Source: Candidatus Latescibacterota bacterium (GTDB lineage: Bacteria > Latescibacterota > UBA2968 > UBA8231). From it: 64,000 nt of DNA. Position 1 is the stretch's first letter. Each line of letters opens with the position of its first letter. The notes beneath the pieces are model-generated. The model ran no database searches. It had not been told where the DNA came from and saw nothing but the letters and a program-made list of their open reading frames with translations. Both the position numbers and the translations under genes were made by a program. The DNA lies in NCBI GenBank assembly GCA_965206595.1, contig OZ242214.1:3648001-3712000 (forward strand), read 5' to 3'. Positions 40,207 to 48,614 of this stretch are shown piece by piece.

Positions 40207-43200
40207 TTAATAGGCGACGGCCACGATTCGGGACAAGGTCATATTGGCTGAATCATCTGCATCTACATCCAGGTGGAGCTGGCAGATATAGAGTCCGGGC
40301 GGGACCTTGAGCCCGGCATGGTCGACCCCCGACCAGCGCAACGCGTGCGCCCCCCCCCGCGCCAGCTCAGATCCTTCCCACACCCGTCGACCGTCCAGCC
40401 TGTAGATCCGCAAGCGCACCTGCCGGTCCGCTGTCACCTGAAACACGGAGAACGACACGGTCAGTTCATCGTTGATGCCGTCGCCATTGGGGGTGAAGGG
40501 ATTGGGCGTCAGCACCACGTCGTCGAGCACCTTGCCGCCCACGGGCACGCTGAGGGACAGGCCCCGGCCCTCGGTCAAGGCGGTGGCATCGCCGCCGTCT
40601 ACCTGCTGCCACACAGGTTCGCCCGCCGGCGAGAGCTGGTCGGACTTGCGCACCAGCGCCTGCAGGGTCGTATTGAGAAAGACCGTCGCTGCCACCCGCA
40701 CCTGCAGCAGGCGACCCCCGCCCCGGGTCGTGCCCCGCTCCGAGCGCGGCAGCCGGTCGTAGGCCTCCTTAGTAAGGGTGTCGCCGGGCACCGTGTTAGT
40801 CGGGGAGTCGGCCTGCATCGCGAAGGGGAACTCGGCTCCCGCGCCCGACAGCTTGCGAAAATAGCGGATGGGTCCTTGCTCCCCGGCAGGCAGTTCGTCG
40901 TAGGCAAAGTCGGCAACCTTCTCCAGTCGCACCTGGCCAGAATCGTCGGTGATCCGTTGGAAAAAGAGGATCTGGCCCCGCTCGTCCTCGGGCAAGAGCC
41001 CATAGGCCGCTTCGGACAGCACCTCGCCGTCGTGGCCGACCACGACCTGGTCGCCCTCATCGGTGATGCGGTGGTAGCGTTTGGGCACCAGTTCGGCGGG
41101 GGCGCTCTGCATCAGAGCCGGCATGCGAAACCCCACTGCGCCACCGCCGCGTTCCAGCAACTCCAGGGTGTCGCCGGCCGCGCTGGCAAAGACCTCGCCC
41201 GTGGGTTCAAAGACCTGAAAGGGCTGCTGCTGCAAGAACTCGGCTTCAGTGCCGGAGCGCACCCCTACCAGGCGCAGATCCAACTCGGCCGGTCCCTGCA
41301 GGCGAACCTCGTCGAAGCCGGGCGTCCGAAGGGCGGAGGGGGCGTCGACAAAAGTCGAATTAAGGTAGATATCAAAGGTATCCCGCAGCCCGGCAGTGGC
41401 ATGCTGCGGCCATATCTCGCCAGTGAGGCTGCGGGCGACAGGATCGAACATTTCCACCTCGATCGAGCTCAACGTTGCCGCTTTCTGGCGGTCGTGAGAA
41501 ATCAATCTGGCCTCGATCTGCATGAACTGCCGCAGGCTGGGCGAGGTTACAGGATCGCCCGGCTGCAGGTTTGGGCGACTCCACGCGCTCCAGCCACTAC
41601 CCACGGCAAAGGAGGTATCGATGGGGCCGCGAAACTTGGGAGGCAGCTCATCCCACTCTTCAAAGGTCTTAAGATCGATGCCCGTCGAGCTGAGGTAACG
41701 GATGTTTTCCACCAGCAGATCGCCGGTGCGGGTGCGGATTTCCACTTCGGTGCCGGGGGAGTGCTGCTCGGGACCTGGGCTCCAGCGTATGGCGCCCAGG
41801 TTGCGCTGCCCGGGCAGGCGGATGAATCCCGAGGTTATGCTCGCCTCGGCCACATAACCCGCCGAATACATCAGGAGCTCCCCCAGCTCAAATGAGTAGC
41901 CGCCTGCCCGGTAGTTGGTCGTTGTATTTCTCATCTCCAGGTAGCGCAGCTTGACCGGCGGGTCGTAGATGTCCGAGATGAAGACGAACTGGTTGATCAA
42001 ATTGTCCTCCCGCTCTCGGGGGCTGACCCTGCGCCACTTGAGCGCTCCCGTGGCATCCCGGGACCCGTCCGAGCCCCGCACGATATACCCTTCTATGAAC
42101 GTACCGTCTTTTCTTGAGATACCCATGGCAGATGCGACGCGGATGTTGTCCAGCCACATCAGCGCCCCCAGATCAACGGTCATCACCGCCCGATCACTGA
42201 CGTAGGGAGACCAGACCAGGAACCTGAAGGAGCTGCCAAAGTCGGCGTCGAAGCCGGACCCGGCCTTGTAGGGACCGGTCATGTCCACCGCCCCCCCCGG
42301 GCCCAGCACCCCCGGCGAAAGATTGTCGCCCCAACCCCACACTTCCACCTCGCTAAGCCGGGGCCGCTCGCGAACATAATACTCCTGCCTGCCCTGACGC
42401 TGTGGACCCAGACTCTCGTATATCTCCTGTGCCACCGGCTCCTCGAACCCGGCCTCGTCCCGGATGTAGTAGACGATCTCGCCCCGCTCCCCCGCGGGCA
42501 GCGCCTCCCACGCCGCCGGCGTCACCTGACGCCCCCGAAATCGCTTGCTGTCCGTCACCAACACCCGAATCGTCTCCACCATCCGCCCCGTCCAGGAGGG
42601 GTCCGTTCCCGGCTGGACAAACCGGGGCTCGCCCTGTGCCGTCAACTCGAAAACCCGCTGCTCGGTGTTCGGCGCAATCGTCCCGCCCACCACACTGAAA
42701 TTCCCCCACTGGTATTCGTTGGTCGAGCCAAACTCGCTCTCCTCCGTCAGCAGCACCCGCTGCTCCGGCGAAGCCAGCACCCGAAACTGGCGAAAGGGAT
42801 CCCCCTCGGCCTCGTCGACAAAGTGCAGCACCACCTTTTCGACCACTACCACCCGACCCAGGTCGATCTCCACCCACCAGTTGTCAGAAGTGTCCGCCAG
42901 GTCCGGTTCCCAATACGTCGACGGATCCCCATCGAGAACGTAGGCCGCAGAATCCACATTCGAACCCGCCCGGCTGATCCCCGGACGAACGAAATAGGCG
43001 TACTCGGGAAACTGCTCCTTGGATTTGGTCTCAAACGTCTGCCGCGAGCGAGCACCGGTGCGCTCGTTGCGCAAAGCAAGTGCTACCTCGTCGCCATTCA
43101 TCGTCGTGTCGGTGATGGTGAACACATCCCCGGCCAGGACGATGCGGGTGACATCGCTCGGAATGCGGCCGAAATCCTGGTCCAGGTACTTGCCGATCTT

Positions 43201-43566
43201 CTCCTCCGCCAGCTTGAGTTTCCCCTCCCGGTCAAAAACCGGCGTGCGATCCACCGTCCGGATGGTCCGGTCTGCCCCGCGGATCCTGGGCGCGTCGATG
43301 GGGCGCCGGAAGCTGGCCTGGTCCTCGGCCAGGATGTTGTAGACGTGCCGAAAAAAGTGGGGCCGGACCTGCCCATCGACGAGGTCCAGGACGTGTTCGG
43401 GCCGGCTCCACTGGGCCCAGTGCTCCTGGGTCTCGACGATAATCTGGGTGTCGGTGACGTCGGCCGACTGGGCTCGCGAGTGGAAAATGCCGAACCCCGC
43501 GATTGCCGCCCACGCCAGTCCGATCCGAAGCCATCTCATCGAGGAATTGACCTCTGTCCGCTGCAT
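40207..43566 (-). CDS. secreted protein with discoidin-like domains and C-terminal FlgD/T9SS-CTD-like domain (paralogue 3)
   Basis: DGDPSTYW..WVEIDLG; RTRTG; GEIWP; PNPFTPNGDGIND; PGLY; ends AVAY. Confidence 0.85.
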   Translation of the reverse strand: MQRTEVNSSMRWLRIGLAWAAIAGFGIFHSRAQSADVTDTQIIVETQEHWAQWSRPEHVLDLVDGQVRPHFFRHVYNILAEDQASFRRPIDAPRIRGADRTIRTVDRTPVFDREGKLKLAEEKIGKYLDQDFGRIPSDVTRIVLAGDVFTITDTTMNGDEVALALRNERTGARSRQTFETKSKEQFPEYAYFVRPGISRAGSNVDSAAYVLDGDPSTYWEPDLADTSDNWWVEIDLGRVVVVEKVVLHFVDEAEGDPFRQFRVLASPEQRVLLTEESEFGSTNEYQWGNFSVVGGTIAPNTEQRVFELTAQGEPRFVQPGTDPSWTGRMVETIRVLVTDSKRFRGRQVTPAAWEALPAGERGEIVYYIRDEAGFEEPVAQEIYESLGPQRQGRQEYYVRERPRLSEVEVWGWGDNLSPGVLGPGGAVDMTGPYKAGSGFDADFGSSFRFLVWSPYVSDRAVMTVDLGALMWLDNIRVASAMGISRKDGTFIEGYIVRGSDGSRDATGALKWRRVSPREREDNLINQFVFISDIYDPPVKLRYLEMRNTTTNYRAGGYSFELGELLMYSAGYVAEASITSGFIRLPGQRNLGAIRWSPGPEQHSPGTEVEIRTRTGDLLVENIRYLSSTGIDLKTFEEWDELPPKFRGPIDTSFAVGSGWSAWSRPNLQPGDPVTSPSLRQFMQIEARLISHDRQKAATLSSIEVEMFDPVARSLTGEIWPQHATAGLRDTFDIYLNSTFVDAPSALRTPGFDEVRLQGPAELDLRLVGVRSGTEAEFLQQQPFQVFEPTGEVFASAAGDTLELLERGGGAVGFRMPALMQSAPAELVPKRYHRITDEGDQVVVGHDGEVLSEAAYGLLPEDERGQILFFQRITDDSGQVRLEKVADFAYDELPAGEQGPIRYFRKLSGAGAEFPFAMQADSPTNTVPGDTLTKEAYDRLPRSERGTTRGGGRLLQVRVAATVFLNTTLQALVRKSDQLSPAGEPVWQQVDGGDATALTEGRGLSLSVPVGGKVLDDVVLTPNPFTPNGDGINDELTVSFSVFQVTADRQVRLRIYRLDGRRVWEGSELARGGAHALRWSGVDHAGLKVPPGLYICQLHLDVDADDSANMTLSRIVAVAY

Positions 43567-43742
43567 GTGAGACCTCCTGAAGTCCTCGCAATTTCAGCCG
43601 GAGACTCTCGATCGGTAGGGCATTGGTTATTCGAGCCGCAAATATAACCCATTGACCGCCTTTCCCGACACGCAGCGCAGCGCGCAGACGAGTGCGCGCC
43701 GTATCGCCGGCCGCATGGCTCCGGGCGTCTCACAAGCGCCTG

Positions 43743-43774
43743 ACGGACAATAGATACGGACAATAGATACGGAC
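43743..43774. repeat. 13-bp tandem repeat in a divergent intergenic region
   Basis: ACGGACAATAGAT x2 plus ACGGAC. Confidence 0.85.
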
Positions 43775-43815
43775 CCTTATGATACCCATCTTTCGCCATT
43801 CAGCGAGTGTAGGGA

Positions 43816-44807
43816 ATGACCGGAGACAACGAGGTGGGAACCTGGCGGTTCCTGCATGTCAACGACAGCCGCATGGGCACGCCGCGCTCGTACCGATTTC
43901 GTGCGGCAACCAACCAGCGCTGGGCGGCCATCAAGCGCCAGGTGGCGCAAATCGATGCCGAGTTCCTCCTGCACGGCGGCGATCTGACCCGCGACGGCGA
44001 AACGCATGAGTTCGAGTACGCACGGGCGCGCGATGATCTCGACACCTTGCCTTTTCCGGTGTTCGTCATTCCCGGCAATATGGACGTCGGCAACAAGCAC
44101 GCAGCCCGGAGTGGAACCAAACGAAAATGGGAAGAGCTGGGCCTCGGCTGGAATGATCCCGACTTGAATATGACCGAACACCGGCTGCACCTGTTCGCTT
44201 CGTATTTCGGCCCTATCCACTGGGCGTTTCTCCATCGCGGTGTCCGCTTCACGGGCTTCTTCGCCGCAGTCGCCTGTTCGGGCTTGCCGCATGAAGACCG
44301 GCTGTGGCCGCTCTCGAGCGCCTGCCCGACCTGCCGCCTGCCCGCCATCGCGTGGCTGTGATGCATTACTGGCCATTCATGGAGGAGTTGGACGAACCCG
44401 CCTGGGACCTCACGAGCGCGGACCAATACGACAACTGGTATTTCTTCATCGACCCGCCCCATCGCCAGCGACTCTGGCAGCTGCTTCAAGCCGCCGGCGT
44501 CGACATCCTGTTCTGCGGCCACGTGCACACCGGACGCCCCGTTCAGGTTGTCGACGCATCCGCGTATGTCGCACCCAACCCGCCGGCACACGGCTCAACT
44601 CGCCGAGCGCTGGCCCGAAGCGGACACGCGCTTCGGCTTCCACGTTGCGAAGTGACCGATGCCGGCATCGGAATCACCTTCATCCCGGACGACGATCAGT
44701 GCGCCGAGTTCGACAGCTACGGTCCGATGGGACATCCACCTGTCGGCGTGCGCGACTACTCGGCAGCCAGAGAAAGTCCGGCGCTCATCCCGGACGCACA
44801 CGATTGA
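43816..44807 (+). pseudogene. metallophosphoesterase (calcineurin-like), frameshifted
   Basis: LHVNDS, GGDLT, PGNMD, MHY, CGHVH motifs spread across frames; shift near 44312 and three 1-bp losses at about 44555-44645. Confidence 0.8.
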
Positions 44808-44852
44808 TGCCGAAACTCCTGACCGTGAACCAGCAAGAAGAGAGGCTCCGAG

Positions 44853-45452
44853 ATGAACTCCTCCAACGGACGACCGACAATCCGTCTCACCACAGCACAG
44901 GCCCTGGTCAAGTATCTGCAAGTTCAGTACAGCGAGCGTGATGGCAAGAGACATCGACTGATAAAAGGGGCATTTGGCATCTTCGGGCACGGCAACGTGG
45001 CCGGCCTGGGTCGGGCGCTGGCAAAGTTTGGTGCAGACCTTCCCTATTTCCAACCCTGCAATGAGCAATCGATGGTGCACACGGCGAGCGGCCATGCCAA
45101 GGCGACCCTGCGGATGTCCACCTTTGCCTGCCTGTCATCGATCGGGCCCGGCTCCACCAATATGTCAAAGGCGGATACAGTCAGGATCAATCGACTGCCG
45201 GTGTTGCTGATACCGGCCGATACTTACGCCACGCGTCACCGGGGGCCGGTGTTGCAGCAGTTTGAACATCCGATTTCCGCCGACGTGAGCGTCAACGACT
45301 GCTTCCGGCCGGTCAGCCGATTCTTCGACCGCATTTCCCGGCCTGAACAACTCCTTACCGCGCTTCCCGAAGGGAGGATGTGGAACGATTCTCGAACGAC
45401 TCCGACCCGAACCCGGTATCGATGTCCTGAATCCGTGAAGTCGAGAGCCTGA
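44853..45452 (+). pseudogene. iolD: truncated 3D-(3,5/4)-trihydroxycyclohexane-1,2-dione hydrolase (N-terminal fragment)
   Basis: TIRLTTAQALVKYL, GIFGHGNVAG, NEQSMVH, SIGPGSTN, NRLPVLL, NDCFRPVSRFFDRISRPEQL; similarity ends near 45372. Confidence 0.85.
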
Positions 45453-45519
45453 TTTTTGGTTGCTTACGATTAAATATCAAATTTTATCACTCGCTATAGA
45501 AGCGATCACGGATTCAGGG

Positions 45520-45868
45520 ATGTGTCTCGACACCGGCCATCACGCCTACCGCTACGGAGACTCCGTCGAACTGATGAGGAAGCATCACACGCGGATACGC
45601 TACTTGCACTTGAAGAGTGTGGATGCCGATAAGCGGGACGAGGTGAACGAGGGGCGCCGTTTCGTTTGCAGAGGCGATGGGGAACGACCTGTTCGTAGAA
45701 CTTCAGGACGGGGTGGTCGACTTCGAGGCCTTCGGCGATGTGCTGGCGGAGGTCGACTATGAGAGCTTCGGCATCGTCGAACAGGACATTTACCCGGCTC
45801 CGTTCGACAAGCCAATGCCGGTCGCCAAGCGCGCACGCGAATATCTTCGGGAGATCGGCATTGGCTGA
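45520..45868 (+). pseudogene. C-terminal remnant of an IolE/sugar phosphate isomerase-epimerase family gene
   Basis: CLDTGHHAY, YLHLKSVD, then after a frameshift F.EL..GVVDF, IVEQD. Confidence 0.75.
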
Positions 45869-45890
45869 GTCGGGCCGGGGCTGAACATTC

Positions 45891-45919
45891 TTGACGGTCT
45901 CGCAGCACGGGGATAGCTT
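45891..45919 (+). promoter_or_regulatory. sigma70-type promoter for the MFS gene
   Basis: TTGACG-17 nt-TAGCTT. Confidence 0.6.
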
Positions 45920-45934
45920 AGCGCCAATTGCGCC

Positions 45935-46029
45935 ACAGTAGTTCCCCGAATGAATTACAGTAGTTCCCCGAATGAATTACAGTAGTTCCCCGAATGAATT
46001 ACAGTAGTTCCCCGAATGAAGTGGGGAAC
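45935..46029 (+). repeat. 22-bp tandem repeat (3 full copies plus 20 bp) ending in an inverted half-site
   Basis: ACAGTAGTTCCCCGAATGAATT at 45935, 45957, 45979 and partial at 46001, then GTGGGGAAC. Confidence 0.95.
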
Positions 46030-46053
46030 GTGAGTTCCGAGGAGTGATTGCAG

Positions 46054-47229
46054 ATGAACGAGAGCGGGCGTGGCCTTTTCATCCTGATCGGCGGGTTCGC
46101 GCTGTTCGTGACCGCTCACACCATGCAGCTGAGTGTCGCCAGCCTGATCGGCGCTCAGTACGCCCCCGACAAATCGATGGCCACGCTGCCGCTGTTCACG
46201 GTGATGCTGGGTACGGCTCTGGCTACCGTACCGGCCTCCATGTTGATGAAGTACGTCACCCGTCGGACAGGTTTCACCTGCGGGTCCGTGCTGGCTATCC
46301 TGGGTGCAGGCACAGCCGTCTACGCGGTGCGAGCGGAGAACTTCTGGCTCTTCATCGTGGGGACGGGACTCATCGGCATGTTCAACGCCTTCTGCCAGCT
46401 CTACCGTTTCGCGGGCGCCGAACTGGTTCCACCCGAGCGCAAGGGCAAGGCCATCTCCTTCGTGCTCGCAGGCGGCATCCTCGGAGGACTGCTGGGCCCC
46501 AATCTGGAGGCGTTCTCCAGAGACTGGTTCGAGATCTCCTTTATGGGCCCGTACGTCGTCATCGTCTGTATCGGATTTCTCAACATCATACTCATGAGCT
46601 TTCTCGACATGGGCAAGCCGCCCGGCCAGCTGGACGATCTCTCCCAGCGGCCGCTGGGAGAGATCGTCCGGCAGCCCGTCTTCATCGTGGCGGCGATGAG
46701 CGCGATGGTGGCCTTCGGGGTCATGGCCAGCTTCATGGCAGGATCACCGCTGATCATCCAGAAATTCCACCACAGCCACCACCAGGCTACCTCCGCCATA
46801 TCCATCCACACAATGTTGATGTATACGCCCGCACTCTTCGTCGCAGCCCTCATTGCCCGTTTCGGCATCCTCAATATCATCGGAACCGGAATCGTCTTCC
46901 AAGCGACGGGTTTTATCGTCCTCTATGCGGGCAAGAGTTACACACACTTCATGGCGTTCATGATCCTGCTGGCACTCGGCTGGTCCTTCATGTTCATCGG
47001 CGGCACCGCCCTTGCGACCCGGGCCTACACACCGGTGGAGCGCCCCAAGACGCAGGCCCTCCACGATTGCATGCTCTTCACCTGGGTCGCTGTGTGCGCC
47101 TTGTCCAGCGGCTGGCTGGATCACGCCTTCGGCACCAACGCCCTGCCGGTAGCGGCCATCAGCCTCCTGCTACTGACCACCTTGGTCATCTTGCTGTTGA
47201 GGAAACGGGCGGCGGCTACGCCGGCATGA
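46054..47229 (+). CDS. MFS transporter
   Basis: About 12 TM helices; ATLP, YRFAGAE, KAISFVLAGG..G..GP, LIARFG, LGWSF.FIGGT. Confidence 0.9.
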   Translation: MNESGRGLFILIGGFALFVTAHTMQLSVASLIGAQYAPDKSMATLPLFTVMLGTALATVPASMLMKYVTRRTGFTCGSVLAILGAGTAVYAVRAENFWLFIVGTGLIGMFNAFCQLYRFAGAELVPPERKGKAISFVLAGGILGGLLGPNLEAFSRDWFEISFMGPYVVIVCIGFLNIILMSFLDMGKPPGQLDDLSQRPLGEIVRQPVFIVAAMSAMVAFGVMASFMAGSPLIIQKFHHSHHQATSAISIHTMLMYTPALFVAALIARFGILNIIGTGIVFQATGFIVLYAGKSYTHFMAFMILLALGWSFMFIGGTALATRAYTPVERPKTQALHDCMLFTWVAVCALSSGWLDHAFGTNALPVAAISLLLLTTLVILLLRKRAAATPA

Positions 47230-47301
47230 GTGGATCTGCTCGACTCGCCGATCAAGAGCGCGGCCATCGGCTTGTGACCGCGGACACACAGGGTTTTTGA
47301 G

Positions 47302-48591
47302 TCAGCCTATTGTCCCCGGCGTCGACGGCCTGTCCCACAGAGGCTGGTTATGTTGCGCGTCGCCGCCAATGTCGATGGCTTCTTCCACCTGCTGCTCGCT
47401 GAAACGAGACAGGAGGAAGGGTTCGATCGGCACCGGTGGCTCTTTGCCAACAATCAAGGCGGTGAGAATCTCGGCTGTAATCGGGGCATTGAGGATACCT
47501 GTTCTGAAGTGCCCGGTGGCGTTGAGGTAGCCCCCGCAGCCGTCAACCGGTCCCAGGATGGGCAATTCGTCCGGGCTGCCGGGCCGGAATCCCGCCCACG
47601 CACGCTTGACCCCCACATCAATCAGGAAAGGCAGGCATCGCACCGCGCCGCGCACGAGGTCGATCATGGCGGAATGTGTAACGCCGTATTCGAATCCCAC
47701 CTTTTCAGTGGTGCTGCCGACGAGAATCTCGCCGTTACCCTTCTGTACAAGATAGCAGTCGCTGGTGGAAACGCTAGCTTCCAACACATCGGTAGGCAGG
47801 GTCTCCGTGCAGACGATCTGGCCGCGCACGGGGTACACGGGAATCCTTATGCCTGCCGACTCCGAGATCTGATCCGCCCAGGCACCGGCCGCATTTACCA
47901 CCCAGTCAGCGTGCAGGCGCCCGGCGGACGTTTCGGCTCCTACCACTCTTTCTCCATGCCGGATCAGACCGGTCACCTCGGTGTGCGTCAGGATCCTGGC
48001 CCCACGTTTGCCAGCTCCGACACGCAGGGCATCGGCGAACTTGTAGGGGTTGATCTGATTGTCACCTATCATGCGCAAAGCACCGCGGCTGTCTCGATTT
48101 ATCGCCGGTTCTAGTGCCGCGAGGTCGCTGGCTGAGAGTAATTGCATGGACTCTGCGGCGGCGTCATTGCCTGACATCAGCGTCTGGGCAAACATCTCGT
48201 CCGTCTCGTCGAACATGACGAACAGCAGGGAGTTTTCCTCATACTCCACATCGATTCCCGTCACTTGCTCGAGCTCTTCTGCCAGGGGCTTCAACCGGGT
48301 GTTGCTCTCGAGAGAAAAATTCAGGAAGCATTGCGGCAGCGGATCGAGGCCGTGCATGCCATCGCGCTCCATCTTTCCCTCGGCGACGAGGGCTTTGAAG
48401 AAGATCACTCCGCAGCCTAGGCCCATCGACTCGCCCACGGGCCACAGACCGCCGGCAGAGGCCGAGGTGGCGCGGCCTCGCCTGGGTTGGTCCACGAGCG
48501 TAACGGCCAGTCCCCGACGGGAGGCGTAGTAGGCCACGGCGCTGCCGATGACGCCTCCCCCCACGACGAGGACGCTCTGTGAGTCACTCAT
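47302..48591 (-). CDS. hcnC: hydrogen cyanide synthase HcnC-like FAD-dependent oxidoreductase
   Basis: GGGVIG FAD motif; GRATSASAGGLWPVGESMGLGCGVIFF (HcnC-type insert); PVRGQ; RPGSPDELPILG; GHFRTGIL. Confidence 0.82.
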   Translation of the reverse strand: MSDSQSVLVVGGGVIGSAVAYYASRRGLAVTLVDQPRRGRATSASAGGLWPVGESMGLGCGVIFFKALVAEGKMERDGMHGLDPLPQCFLNFSLESNTRLKPLAEELEQVTGIDVEYEENSLLFVMFDETDEMFAQTLMSGNDAAAESMQLLSASDLAALEPAINRDSRGALRMIGDNQINPYKFADALRVGAGKRGARILTHTEVTGLIRHGERVVGAETSAGRLHADWVVNAAGAWADQISESAGIRIPVYPVRGQIVCTETLPTDVLEASVSTSDCYLVQKGNGEILVGSTTEKVGFEYGVTHSAMIDLVRGAVRCLPFLIDVGVKRAWAGFRPGSPDELPILGPVDGCGGYLNATGHFRTGILNAPITAEILTALIVGKEPPVPIEPFLLSRFSEQQVEEAIDIGGDAQHNQPLWDRPSTPGTIG

Positions 48592-48614
48592 GACCACCCC
48601 CGTATCTCGTCTCG

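Noticed and set aside
45935-46029. CRISPR array (GTTCCCCG...GGGG resembles type I-E repeats)
   Set aside because: Units are head-to-tail with no unique spacers, and no cas genes occur in the window
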